Position numbers and translations under genes: made by a program | Shown here: in pieces, positions 27,357 to 37,355 of the stretch | Position numbering within the stretch: the first letter of the stretch is position 1 | How the letters are laid out: the number at the start of each line of letters is the position of its first letter | Assembly: GCA_030605615.1 (NCBI GenBank) | Contig: JAUWHZ010000020.1 | Span: 1 to 59,730, forward strand | Reading direction: 5' to 3' | DNA: 59,730 nucleotides | Source of the DNA: Atribacterota bacterium | GTDB taxonomy: Bacteria > Atribacterota > Phoenicimicrobiia > Phoenicimicrobiales > Phoenicimicrobiaceae | Notes under the pieces: generated by a model | Databases searched by the model: none | Seen by the model: only the letters and a program-made list of their open reading frames with translations | What the model was told of the DNA's origin: nothing

Positions 27357-28601
27357 ATGATTAATAGAGTAGTAGTTACTGGGGTAGGCCTGGTTACTCC
27401 TGTAGGAATTGGAAAAGAAGAATTTTGGCAGTCATTAATTAATGGAAGGTCCGGAATTGGAAAAATAAGTTATTTCGATACCTCCGGGTACCCTGCTAAG
27501 ATAGCAGCAGAAGTTAAAGATTTTGATTATGGGAATTATATCTCTACCAAAGAAGCAAATAGAATGGATAAAAGTACTCAATTTTCAGTCGTTGCTACTA
27601 TGTTAGCCATGGAAGATTCTAAACTGAAATTTACCGAGGAAGATCCTTATTCAATAGGAGTTATAATTGGTTCAGGTATAGGTGGAATAGGAACTTTTGA
27701 AAAGCAACATAAAGTATTATTAGAAAAAGGATCAAACAGAGTTAGCCCTTTCTTTATACCTATGATGATTTCTAATATTTCTGCAGGTGAAATAGCTATA
27801 AAAATTGGAGCGAAAGGACCTAATGGTGTTATTACCACAGCTTGTGCTTCAGCTACTCATGCTATTGGAATTGCCTTTAAGCTTTTACAAAAAGGGGATA
27901 CCCAAGTAATTATTAGTGGAGGTACAGAAGCTGCAATTACTCCTATGGCCTTGGCTGGTTTTTGTAAAATGAGAGCCTTGTCTATTCAAAATAATAATCC
28001 TGCTTATGCTTCGCGGCCCTTTGATAAAGAACGAGATGGATTTGTTATGGGAGAAGGTTCGGGAATTTTGATTTTAGAAACCTTACAACACGCAAAAAAA
28101 AGAAATGCTAATATATATGCTGAGATATTAGGTTTTGGCATGACTGCTGATGCTTACCATGTTACTGCTCCTTCGCCTGAAGGTGATAGTGCCTCTCAGG
28201 CTATGAAAATTGCCTTGGAAGATGCAAAAATTAAACCAAGCCAAATTGATTATATTAATGCTCATGGCACTTCGACTCCATTAAATGATAAATTGGAAAC
28301 TTTATCTATCAAAAAAGTATTTGATAAACATGCTTATAACTTGAAAATTAGCTCTAATAAATCTATGACCGGCCATTTATTAGGGGCAAGTGGGGGAGTG
28401 GAGGCTATTGCTACTGCTCTTACAATAAAGGAGGAAGTTATTCCTCCTACTATAAATTATCATTACCCTGATCCCGAATGTGACCTTGATTATGTCCCAA
28501 ATAAAGCGGAACAGAAATTAGTTAAATATGCTTTATCTAATTCATTTGGTTTCGGTGGGCATAATGGAGTAGTTATTTTGGGCAAATATATGGAAGATTA
28601 A
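27357..28601 (+). CDS. fabF: 3-oxoacyl-ACP synthase II
   Basis: 414 aa. TTACASATHAIG (active Cys), NAHGTSTP and GHLLGASG. Confidence 0.95.
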   Translation: MINRVVVTGVGLVTPVGIGKEEFWQSLINGRSGIGKISYFDTSGYPAKIAAEVKDFDYGNYISTKEANRMDKSTQFSVVATMLAMEDSKLKFTEEDPYSIGVIIGSGIGGIGTFEKQHKVLLEKGSNRVSPFFIPMMISNISAGEIAIKIGAKGPNGVITTACASATHAIGIAFKLLQKGDTQVIISGGTEAAITPMALAGFCKMRALSIQNNNPAYASRPFDKERDGFVMGEGSGILILETLQHAKKRNANIYAEILGFGMTADAYHVTAPSPEGDSASQAMKIALEDAKIKPSQIDYINAHGTSTPLNDKLETLSIKKVFDKHAYNLKISSNKSMTGHLLGASGGVEAIATALTIKEEVIPPTINYHYPDPECDLDYVPNKAEQKLVKYALSNSFGFGGHNGVVILGKYMED

Positions 28602-28646
28602 CTATAACTAATAATATAAATAAAATAGTAAGGTAATGTAAAAATT

Positions 28647-29354
28647 TTGAAAAAAGAAAAAGTTTCTATATTAACAAATTTAGAAAATAAGTTAAATTAT
28701 CAGTTTAAAAACTTAGAACTTTTCAAGGAAGCCTTAACACATCCATCCTTTTATAATAAAGCCGAAAAAGACAGATTAATTAATAACCAGAGGTTGGAAT
28801 TTTTAGGTGATTCTGTATTGGAGTTAATCGTAAGTGAATATATTTATCAAAAATTATCTTCTTTCTCCGAGGGCGAACTGACTAAAATTAAATCAATTAT
28901 TGTAAGCGGGCCTACACTTGCAAAATGGGCAAATCATATTTCTTTAGGAAAGTACATTGTTTTAGGGAAAGGAGAAGATTTGACTGGAGGAAGAAATAAA
29001 TTATCTATTCTTTCAGATTGTTTTGAAGCTTTATTGGGAGCGATATATTTAGATGGTGGTCTTAAGAAAACAAAACTATTTATTTTATCATTTATAAAAG
29101 ATGAAATAGAACTTATTACAAAGCATAATTATATAGAAGATTACAAGACTTTATTACAGGAAATTTCTCAGAAGAAGATGAAATGTTTGCCTAAATATAT
29201 TTTAATTAAAGAAAAAGGACCAGACCATAAAAAGATTTTTTGTATTGAGGTAAAATTAAAAGAGAAGTCTTATGGAACTGGTTTTGGTGAGAGTAAAAAA
29301 GAAGCTGAACAAAATGCCGCGCATAGTGCTTTGAAAAAAATAAAAACAATATAG
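28647..29354 (+). CDS. rnc: ribonuclease III
   Basis: 235 aa. TTG start. QRLEFLGDSVLE signature and a C-terminal dsRBD (DYKTLLQE...GESKKEAEQNAA). Confidence 0.93.
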   Translation: MKKEKVSILTNLENKLNYQFKNLELFKEALTHPSFYNKAEKDRLINNQRLEFLGDSVLELIVSEYIYQKLSSFSEGELTKIKSIIVSGPTLAKWANHISLGKYIVLGKGEDLTGGRNKLSILSDCFEALLGAIYLDGGLKKTKLFILSFIKDEIELITKHNYIEDYKTLLQEISQKKMKCLPKYILIKEKGPDHKKIFCIEVKLKEKSYGTGFGESKKEAEQNAAHSALKKIKTI

Positions 29355-29364
29355 TGAGGCAAAA

Positions 29365-32300
29365 ATGTTTCTTAAAGAACTTGAAATTTATGGATTTAAA
29401 TCTTTTGCAAAAAAAATAAAATTCTCATTTAATTCTGGTATAACTGCTATAGTTGGTCCTAATGGATGTGGAAAGAGTAATATTACTGATGCGGTTAGAT
29501 GGGTGCTGGGTGAGCAAAATATCAGGTCTTTACGAGGAAAACAGTTAACAGATATTATTTTTTCGGGAAATCATAATGAAAAACCTTTAAATATGGCAGA
29601 AGTATCTTTAGTCTTAAATAATTCAGAGAGAATTCTTCCCGTAGATTGGGAAGAAATAAATATTAAAAGAAGGATTTATCGTTCTGGAGAAACTGAAAAT
29701 TTTATAAATGGAATTCCTTGTAAATTAAGAGAGATCCAGGAATTATTTATGAATACCGGGTTAGGGAAAAATGCTTATTCCGTAATTGCTCAAGGCGAAA
29801 TAGACCTTGTTTTAAGCGCAAAACCTTCTGACCGACGTTATTTATTCGAAGAAGCTGCCTCTATTTCTAAATATAAATACGAAAAACAGAGAAGCTTAAA
29901 AAAAATAGAGGGAATGGATAACAACTTAGATAATGTTATTAATATAATTTCCGAAATTAAAAATCAATTAATAATTTTAGAAAAAGAAGCAAAACATCTA
30001 AATAAATATAAGATTTGTCAAGAGAAAATTAGGGATTTAGAGCTCTTTTTAATTTATCAAAAATATAATTTGTATAAAACAAATCTTTCAAAAGTTAAGA
30101 AAAATTTAGAGTTATGTGAAATAAATAAAGAAAAAATACTAATAAATATAAAAAAACAAGAATCAAAAATAAGTACTTTAAATGAAGAGTTAATTAATTT
30201 AAACCAAGAACAAGAAAAATATAAATACGAGAATTATGAATTAAAGGATAGAACAAAATCAATACAAAATGAATCTAATTTAATGTATCAAAAAAAGGAT
30301 GATTTTGAAAAAAGATTAATTGATTTAAACAAAGTAATTGAAGATATTAACCAAAAGATATCTTTTTTAAATAAAAATAAAAAAGAAATAAATATTAACA
30401 TTTTAAAGATAGATAGAAATTTAAAAGGTTTTAACAATAAGTTAAACGATTTAGAAAAAGAATTTAAGAAAAAATCAACATTTCTTAATTCAATTATCCT
30501 AACCAGGAATAATTTTAAGAAAGTATTAAAAAATTTTTATGAAAAAGAATTATTTTTAAAAGAGAAAGAAATAAAATATAAAACTACTTTAAATATTCTA
30601 AATTTGAATTTAGATAAGATTAGGGAAAAGAAAAAGTTATTAGAAAAACAACTAAAAGCAATGATTAAAAAAGAAAATGATTGCCGAAAAATCATAAAAG
30701 AAAGTGGAAAAAATATTAAAAGAAGTCAACTTGAAAAAAACGAAGCAAGAATAAAAAAAATTGAAAGTATATTAAATAAATTAAGATTATCTTTGGAAAA
30801 AGATAATCAAGGCATTAATTTAAGAGAAGAAAGAAGAGATATTTTAACAAAATCAATTAAACACTATTTAAAGATAAATGAAGATAAAACAGAATTATTT
30901 TATTCTAAATATAAACAGGAAAACCCAGATGGTATTTGTAAAAAATTAATAAAACTTATTGATTATATCCCCCAAAAATATGAGAAAATTATAGAAATTG
31001 CCTTGATGGAAAGCTTAAACTCAATCGTGGTTAATGATATATATTCTGCTATTAATATTATTAGTTCATTACCAAAGGATAAATTAAATGAAATAAAATT
31101 AATGCCTTTGGATTTAATAAAAAAAGCAAAAATACTTTTAGAAGATAAGATAAAAATTCATGGTGAAAATATCTGTGGTTTTGCTGATGAGTTGATAACT
31201 TATAATAAAATGTATCATGATCTGTTTGAGGTATTGTTAGGTAATATTTTAATAGTTGAAAATACACAGACCGCCCTTAATTTTTTTCAGAAATATTTAG
31301 GAAAATATAAAATTGTTACTTTGAATAACATGGTAATAGATTTTGACGGATCTATCAATATCTCTCTGAATACTAAAGATAAACAAGAAAATGTTTTTTA
31401 TATAGAAAGAGAAATCGAGAAATTAACTGAAGAAATAGAAAATTTAAAAAACCAAGTAAGAAAAAATAAAAACTCTATCGAAGAATATGATAATATTTAT
31501 AATTCCTTAACCAAAGAAATTAACGAAATAAAAATATTATTACAAGAAAATGAGGAAAATACCGTTAACAACCTAAATAATTTGAATAGGACCATTATCT
31601 CTATTGGTGAATTGGAAAAAAATTTAAAGAACCTTTCCAGTGATGAAGATAATATTTTAAAAGAAAAGAAAATTATTTCTAAAAGATACCGCATATTCGA
31701 AAAAAACTATAATGAACTTTCTAAATATATTACAAATATTAATAAAACAATAAAAACAGTTAATAATATTATTATCCAAAAAAATAACTATGTAAACAAT
31801 ATTACTAAAGATGTTAATGATGTTAAAAATTTTATTTTGTTGAATAAGGAGAAATTGATTAATTTAAGGGATAAAGAAGAAAATGTTTCTTCCTATATAG
31901 ATGAATATACTTCAGACTTGGAAGAAAAGAAAAATAGTATAAAAAAATATAATAAAAATCTTGGTATGATATTAAACGAAATAGGAGAATATACTGTGCA
32001 GTTAAAAAAAATAAATCTCCAAGATTCTCACCGTATAAAAAAGGAGGATGAGTTAAAGAAGATCATCCAAGAAAAAACTACTATGTTAGAAAACTCAATT
32101 TATGAAAAAGATAAACAACAGAAACTGTACGAAGAAATTAAGGATAAAAAACATAAGGTAGAAATATTAGAAGTACAATATCAAGAAAAATATGAAAATA
32201 TTGAAAATGAAGCTATAAAAAATTATAAATTACCTGTTGAAAAATTAATATCATATAGTAATAAATCATCTTCTCAAAAAGAAGCCAATCACGAGATTGA

Positions 32301-32925
32301 TATATTAAAAGATAATATATTAAAAATGGGACAGATAAATTTTGATGCAGAAATTAGATATCAGAATCAATTAAAACGTTATGACTCCTTATGGGAAAAA
32401 TATAATGAAATATATCAGGCAAGACGATCATTAGTGGAAATAATTTCCGAAATTGATCAAATTGCGTTAAAAAGATTTAAAGAAACATTTGATCAGGTAA
32501 AAATAAATTTTAATAATATATTTAAGAAAATGTTTTCAGGTGGAGAAGCAAAATTATTTCTCAGTTTTGAAGAAGATGTTTTGCAATCTGGGATAGATAT
32601 AATCGCCCGTCCTCCTGGAAAGCGAACACAAAATATAGAATTACTATCATCGGGTGAAAAAGCCATAACTGCCATAGCACTTTTATTAGCCTTATGGAAA
32701 GTAAATCCGAGTCCATTTTGTTTTTTTGATGAAATAGATACTGCCTTAGATGAGGCAAATGCTGAAAAACTTGTTTTTTTATTAAAAGGAGAAGAGCTAA
32801 ATCAATCACAATTAATTATTATTACTCATCAGAAAAGTACAATGGAAGCAGCAGATACTCTATATGGTATAACTATGGAAGAATCGGGCATTTCAAAATT
32901 AGTTTCTATTAAATTTCAAAACTAA
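29365..32925 (+). CDS. smc: chromosome partition protein SMC
   Basis: 1186 aa. Walker A GPNGCGKSN, long K/E/N-rich coiled coils flanking a hinge, signature LSSGEKAITA, and Walker B FCFFDEIDTALD. Confidence 0.95.
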   Translation: MFLKELEIYGFKSFAKKIKFSFNSGITAIVGPNGCGKSNITDAVRWVLGEQNIRSLRGKQLTDIIFSGNHNEKPLNMAEVSLVLNNSERILPVDWEEINIKRRIYRSGETENFINGIPCKLREIQELFMNTGLGKNAYSVIAQGEIDLVLSAKPSDRRYLFEEAASISKYKYEKQRSLKKIEGMDNNLDNVINIISEIKNQLIILEKEAKHLNKYKICQEKIRDLELFLIYQKYNLYKTNLSKVKKNLELCEINKEKILINIKKQESKISTLNEELINLNQEQEKYKYENYELKDRTKSIQNESNLMYQKKDDFEKRLIDLNKVIEDINQKISFLNKNKKEININILKIDRNLKGFNNKLNDLEKEFKKKSTFLNSIILTRNNFKKVLKNFYEKELFLKEKEIKYKTTLNILNLNLDKIREKKKLLEKQLKAMIKKENDCRKIIKESGKNIKRSQLEKNEARIKKIESILNKLRLSLEKDNQGINLREERRDILTKSIKHYLKINEDKTELFYSKYKQENPDGICKKLIKLIDYIPQKYEKIIEIALMESLNSIVVNDIYSAINIISSLPKDKLNEIKLMPLDLIKKAKILLEDKIKIHGENICGFADELITYNKMYHDLFEVLLGNILIVENTQTALNFFQKYLGKYKIVTLNNMVIDFDGSINISLNTKDKQENVFYIEREIEKLTEEIENLKNQVRKNKNSIEEYDNIYNSLTKEINEIKILLQENEENTVNNLNNLNRTIISIGELEKNLKNLSSDEDNILKEKKIISKRYRIFEKNYNELSKYITNINKTIKTVNNIIIQKNNYVNNITKDVNDVKNFILLNKEKLINLRDKEENVSSYIDEYTSDLEEKKNSIKKYNKNLGMILNEIGEYTVQLKKINLQDSHRIKKEDELKKIIQEKTTMLENSIYEKDKQQKLYEEIKDKKHKVEILEVQYQEKYENIENEAIKNYKLPVEKLISYSNKSSSQKEANHEIDILKDNILKMGQINFDAEIRYQNQLKRYDSLWEKYNEIYQARRSLVEIISEIDQIALKRFKETFDQVKINFNNIFKKMFSGGEAKLFLSFEEDVLQSGIDIIARPPGKRTQNIELLSSGEKAITAIALLLALWKVNPSPFCFFDEIDTALDEANAEKLVFLLKGEELNQSQLIIITHQKSTMEAADTLYGITMEESGISKLVSIKFQN

Positions 32926-32944
32926 AGGAAAATATTAAAAAATA

Positions 32945-33865
32945 TTGAAGATTGTAGATATTATTTCTCATTTCAAAGATGGATTAAATAAATCTAGAAA
33001 AAATTTAGCTGATAAATTTGAATTGCTATTTCACTACTCGACCAATAAATCAGATTTTTTAGAAAGATTGGAAGAGTTATTAATATTATCGGATGTGGGA
33101 GTATTAGCAACTAGTGAAATAATAAACAAGTTTAGTCAATTAAATTTTAAAGAATATAAAGAAAATAATTTTATCTCTTTTAAGAAAAAATTAAAAGATA
33201 TATTAATAGATATTTTAAATTCTAATACCCTAAAATTCAATGTTAATAAAGATAGATTGAATATTATAATGATAGTAGGGGTAAATGGTTCAGGAAAAAC
33301 CTCGATAGCTGGGAAAATTGCTTATAGTTTAAAAAAGGAGAGTAACAATATTTTATTGGTTCCTGCAGATACATTCAGGGCTGCAGGAATTCAACAATTA
33401 AAAATTTTAGCTGATCAAGCAGGGGTAGAGATGATAAATGCTAAAGAAGGTGCTGACCCAGCTTCAGTAGTATATGATGGAATCAGTGCAGCTCAAGCAC
33501 GTAAAAAAAATATTATTATAATTGATACTGCTGGCCGTTTACACACTAAAATAAATTTGATGAATGAATTGGAAAAAATAAAAAGAGTAATACAGAATGA
33601 GGCGCAGGAATATTCTTTAGAAATATTACAAGTGATAGATGCTACAATGGGTCAGAATGCTATATTCCAAGCCAAATCTTTTAACAAATCATTAGGCGTA
33701 ACGGGGATTGTTCTTACTAAAATGGACGGGACAGCTAAAGGAGGAATAGTAATTGCTATTAAAAAAGAGTTAAATATTTCAGTTAAACTCATTAGTTTAG
33801 GAGAAAAATTAAATAATTTATATGATTTCGAAGCCAATAAATTTGTTGAAGCTCTTCTTGATTGA
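32945..33865 (+). CDS. ftsY: signal recognition particle receptor FtsY (short N-terminus)
   Basis: 306 aa. TTG start. NG domain motifs GVNGSGKTS, DTAGR and TKMDGTAKGG. Confidence 0.93.
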   Translation: MKIVDIISHFKDGLNKSRKNLADKFELLFHYSTNKSDFLERLEELLILSDVGVLATSEIINKFSQLNFKEYKENNFISFKKKLKDILIDILNSNTLKFNVNKDRLNIIMIVGVNGSGKTSIAGKIAYSLKKESNNILLVPADTFRAAGIQQLKILADQAGVEMINAKEGADPASVVYDGISAAQARKKNIIIIDTAGRLHTKINLMNELEKIKRVIQNEAQEYSLEILQVIDATMGQNAIFQAKSFNKSLGVTGIVLTKMDGTAKGGIVIAIKKELNISVKLISLGEKLNNLYDFEANKFVEALLD

Positions 33866-33954
33866 CACTAAGGGTAATTTTCTATATACTTATAAGGGTA
33901 TTTTTACAGAATAGGGAATGATAAGTGACTCAAATCAAGAGGAGTTATTTTTTT

Positions 33955-35277
33955 ATGTTTGCTAATTTGACTGATAAATTTCAAACAATATTTAAAAGGA
34001 TAAAAAATAAGGGAAAATTAAATGAAGACGATATTAAAAATTGTCTTCATGAAATTCGCATTGCCCTTTTAGAGGCTGATGTAAATTACAAAGTGGTTAA
34101 AGAATTTATTAGTGATTTACACACGCAAATAAAACAGGAAAAAATATCAGAAAGTCTAACCCCTGCTCAGCAAATTGTAAAACTTGTAAATAAAGAAATA
34201 ACTAAAATATTAGGCTCAAAACAAAATAATATTATAATAAATTCAAGTCCTCCTACTATAATATTATTAGCAGGATTGCAAGGAACAGGCAAAACTACTA
34301 CTGCGGTAAAATTAGCTAATTATTGTAGAAAAAAGGGGCACAATCCACTTTTGATAGCAACAGATATATATAGACCGGCAGCCATTGAACAATTACAAGT
34401 ATTAGGTGAAAAATCAAATTTACCGGTGTTTGCAATAGGAAAAAATGAAAATGCTGTTAATATAATAAAGGCTGCTATAAAATATTCTACTAAAAAAAAT
34501 CATGATATATTAATTATTGATACAGCAGGAAGATTACATATTGATGATAAATTAATGGATGAATTGCAAGAAATTGAAAGAAATATACCCCTTCAAGAGA
34601 AATTATTAATAGTAGATGCAATGGCAGGACAGGACGCAATAAATTCAGCAAAAGTATTTTGTGAAAAAATTAAACTGAGTGGCATTATATTAACAAAATT
34701 AGATGGCGACTCTCGTGGTGGGGTTGCTCTGTCATTAAAAGAAGTTTTAGGAATACCTATTAAATTTATAGGTTTAGGGGAAAAGATTGATAATTTTCAA
34801 ACTTTTCATCCAGAACGAATGGCCTCTCGAATATTAGGAATGGGCGATGTACTAACCTTAATAGAAAAAGTTGAGTCTGCTTATAATAAGGAAGAGTTAA
34901 AAAGGTTAGATAAGAAAATAAAAAATCACAATTTTGATTTAAATGATTTTTACTTTCAATTAAAAAAAATGAAAAATATCGGTTCGGTAAATCAGATCGT
35001 GGATATGATCCCTGGTTATAATAATATAAAAACAAATATAAATTTTAATAAATTAGTGGATAAAGGGGATGAGTTAAAGAAAATCGAGGCTATCATAAGT
35101 TCTATGACCATTAAAGAAAGAGAATATCCAAATATTATCAATGGAAGTAGAAGAAAAAGAATTGCCCGAGGAAGTGGAACACAAATTCATGAAATAAATA
35201 GATTATTAAAACAATTTTATCAGATAAAAGAAATATTAAAAAAAGGACCGACAATGAGAAATATTTCTTTTAATTAA
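33955..35277 (+). CDS. ffh: signal recognition particle protein Ffh
   Basis: Start set to ATG 33955 (MFANLTDKF, the canonical Ffh N-terminus); the track's GTG 33925 adds 10 residues. GLQGTGKTTT, DTAGR, TKLDGDSRGG and a Met-rich M domain. Confidence 0.95.
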   Translation: MFANLTDKFQTIFKRIKNKGKLNEDDIKNCLHEIRIALLEADVNYKVVKEFISDLHTQIKQEKISESLTPAQQIVKLVNKEITKILGSKQNNIIINSSPPTIILLAGLQGTGKTTTAVKLANYCRKKGHNPLLIATDIYRPAAIEQLQVLGEKSNLPVFAIGKNENAVNIIKAAIKYSTKKNHDILIIDTAGRLHIDDKLMDELQEIERNIPLQEKLLIVDAMAGQDAINSAKVFCEKIKLSGIILTKLDGDSRGGVALSLKEVLGIPIKFIGLGEKIDNFQTFHPERMASRILGMGDVLTLIEKVESAYNKEELKRLDKKIKNHNFDLNDFYFQLKKMKNIGSVNQIVDMIPGYNNIKTNINFNKLVDKGDELKKIEAIISSMTIKEREYPNIINGSRRKRIARGSGTQIHEINRLLKQFYQIKEILKKGPTMRNISFN

Positions 35278-35297
35278 ATTAGTCGTTATCGTATAAA

Positions 35298-35332
35298 TCT
35301 AGCGTGGAGCGTATAGCGTTTAGCGTATAGAA
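35298..35332 (+). repeat. heptamer array D1 (TCTAGCG TGGAGCG TATAGCG TTTAGCG TATAGAA)
   Basis: Read directly. Lies in the ffh-rpsP spacer, with degenerate CGT-containing units from 35282. Confidence 0.75.
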
Positions 35333-35333
35333 T

Positions 35334-35368
35334 GCAGTAACAAGTAATATTAATGGGTAATTTGTAAG
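35334..35368 (+). repeat. heptamer array D2, AGTAA-type (GCAGTAA CAAGTAA TATTAAT GGGTAAT TTGTAAG)
   Basis: Read directly. Shares the 9-mer AGTAACAAG (35336-35344) with the reverse complement of 57667-57675. Confidence 0.6.
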
Positions 35369-35395
35369 GCACGATGCATTGTGCACGTAAGTGCC
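35368..35395 (+). other. GC-containing stem-loop GGCAC-N18-GTGCC
   Basis: GGCAC (35368-35372) / GTGCC (35391-35395). The loop contains GCACG twice and the GTGCAC palindrome. Confidence 0.4.
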
Positions 35396-35414
35396 AAAGA
35401 ATAAAGAAAGATAG

Positions 35415-35434
35415 ATTCCCGTTTCCACGGGAAT
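35415..35434 (+). other. perfect 8-bp hairpin ATTCCCGT-TTCC-ACGGGAAT
   Basis: 35415-35422 pairs with 35427-35434. 4-nt loop, no T tract. Lies 57 nt upstream of the rpsP start. Confidence 0.55.
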
Positions 35435-35490
35435 GACAGGTTAAAAAAATAGAGAAATAAAAAATGTAATAATAGAATGGAGGAAAATGA

Positions 35491-35742
35491 ATGTCAGCAA
35501 AAATTAAACTTAGAAGGGAAGGCAGTAAGAAAAAACCATCTTATAAAGTGATAGTAATCGATTCAAGGAAAACTGGTGATGGAAAATTTATTGAACAGTT
35601 AGGATATTATCAACCAATTGCAGATCCCTATATTTTTAAAATTGATAAAGAAGCAAGTTTAAAATGGATTGAAAAAGGTGCTCAGCTTTCAGAAACAGTA
35701 AAAGATTTATTTAAGAAAGCAGGAATATTAAAAAATAAATAA
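35491..35742 (+). CDS. rpsP: 30S ribosomal protein S16
   Basis: 83 aa. IKLRREGSKKKPSYKVIVIDSR and GYYQP. Confidence 0.95.
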   Translation: MSAKIKLRREGSKKKPSYKVIVIDSRKTGDGKFIEQLGYYQPIADPYIFKIDKEASLKWIEKGAQLSETVKDLFKKAGILKNK

Positions 35743-35760
35743 GTTTATAGGGTGGTAATT

Positions 35761-35991
35761 TTGAAAGAACTTATTGAGTTAATGATAAAGGGGATAGTGG
35801 ATAAACCTGATAAAGTAGAAATAAATCAAATTATCGGAGAAAAAACATCAGTATTTGAAATAAAAGCAGACTCTGATGATATTGGAAAAATAATTGGCAA
35901 ACAAGGTAGAAATATAAAATCAATAAGAACCATTATAAATGCAGCAGCGCAAAGAGATGGCAGAAGAGTAATCATCGAGATAGTTAATTAA
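35761..35991 (+). CDS. KH domain RNA-binding protein (YlqC family)
   Basis: (M)KELIELMIKGIVDKPDKVEI and GKIIGKQGRNIKSIRTI (GxxG KH motif). TTG 35761 is preceded by AGGGTGG; the track's GTG 35752 is an alternative start. Conserved position between rpsP and rimM. Confidence 0.85.
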   Translation: MKELIELMIKGIVDKPDKVEINQIIGEKTSVFEIKADSDDIGKIIGKQGRNIKSIRTIINAAAQRDGRRVIIEIVN

Positions 35992-36023
35992 TCTTAATTG
36001 ATTTGCTTGATGGAGGGAATTCA

Positions 36024-36533
36024 TTGGATGAGGGTTTTATTGTAGTTGGTAAGATAGTTTCAACCAAAGGGAATAAAGGAGAGATCAAGGTTATTCCTCT
36101 TACCGATTCGATTGATAGGTTTAAAAAATTAACCGATGTTTTTATAAGTAAGGGAAAAAATAAGAAGCAATTAAAGATAAATAAATTAGAAATTAAGAAA
36201 AATACTATTATTTTAGAGATAGCAGATATAGATAATATTGAGAAGGCCAAAATGATTGTTGGATCTTTTCTTGAGGTTAAAAGAAGTAATGCTATAAAAT
36301 TGCCAAAAGATACTTATTTTATCTTTGATATAGTCGGACTTGAAGTATATACTAATGAAAATGAATTGCTGGGTAAAGTAGACAACATAATAAGTACTGG
36401 AAGCAATGATGTATATGTAGTTAAAAATAAGAATAAACAAGAAATACTAATCCCAGCTATCCGAGGAGTTATAAAGGATATCGATTTAGTAAAAAAACGA
36501 ATTACCATTAATGTGGTTGATGGATTAATATGA
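36024..36533 (+). CDS. rimM: 16S rRNA processing protein RimM
   Basis: FIVVGKIVSTKGNKGEIKV and a PRC-barrel C-terminus. TTG 36024 is preceded by GGAGGG at 36012-36017; the track's TTG 36003 is an alternative start. ATGA overlap with trmD. Confidence 0.88.
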   Translation: MDEGFIVVGKIVSTKGNKGEIKVIPLTDSIDRFKKLTDVFISKGKNKKQLKINKLEIKKNTIILEIADIDNIEKAKMIVGSFLEVKRSNAIKLPKDTYFIFDIVGLEVYTNENELLGKVDNIISTGSNDVYVVKNKNKQEILIPAIRGVIKDIDLVKKRITINVVDGLI

Positions 36534-37297
36534 AAAATAATTGTTTAGAAATTAATATATTAACTATTTTCCCCAATATGTTTAAGAGCTCTTTTTCCGA
36601 AAGCATATTAAAGAAAGCCCAAGAAAATAAATTAATTAAAATAAAACTAATTGACCTTAGAGATTTTACCTTAGATAAACATAAGACTGTAGATGATTAT
36701 TCTTATGGTGGTGGTCCAGGTATGGTTTTAAAAGCTCAACCAATTTGGGATGCCGTAGAAAAAATAAAAAAAAATAGTAAAATTTCCTTGCCTTTAAAAA
36801 TTATAATTACTTCAGCGCAAGGGAAGATTTTTGATCAAAAAATGGCTAAAGAATTATCTAAAGAAAAACGATTATTAATTATTTGTGGCCGATATGAGGG
36901 AATAGATGAACGTATCCCCAAACTCTTAAATGCGGAAGAAATATCAATTGGTAATTTTGTAGTTAGTGGAGGAGAATTGCCAGCTATGTTAATGGTAGAT
37001 GTAATTTCCAGAATGATACCCGGAGTTTTAGGTAAAGAAGAATCTATGATAAATGATTCATTTTACAACGAGTATCTTGATTATCCTCATTATACCAGGC
37101 CGGATGAGTTTCAAAGTTTAAAAGTCCCTAAAATATTGTTATCAGGAAATCATAAAAAAATTGAAATGTGGAGAAAAAAACAGTCATTATTAAGAACTTT
37201 AATTCGAAAACCTGAAATTTTTTTAAATAAAAAGTTAACTAAAGCAGAGATTTGTTTATTGAAAGAAATAGAAAATAATTTGGAAGAAAAAGAATAG
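36530..37297 (+). CDS. trmD: tRNA (guanine37-N1)-methyltransferase
   Basis: 255 aa. Motifs ILTIFPNMF, YGGGPGMVL and ICGRYEGIDERI. Confidence 0.95.
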   Translation: MKNNCLEINILTIFPNMFKSSFSESILKKAQENKLIKIKLIDLRDFTLDKHKTVDDYSYGGGPGMVLKAQPIWDAVEKIKKNSKISLPLKIIITSAQGKIFDQKMAKELSKEKRLLIICGRYEGIDERIPKLLNAEEISIGNFVVSGGELPAMLMVDVISRMIPGVLGKEESMINDSFYNEYLDYPHYTRPDEFQSLKVPKILLSGNHKKIEMWRKKQSLLRTLIRKPEIFLNKKLTKAEICLLKEIENNLEEKE

Positions 37298-37355
37298 TAC
37301 AATAAATTATACAAGAAGAATTATTTTAAAAAACAATTAGGAAGGATGATATTAT

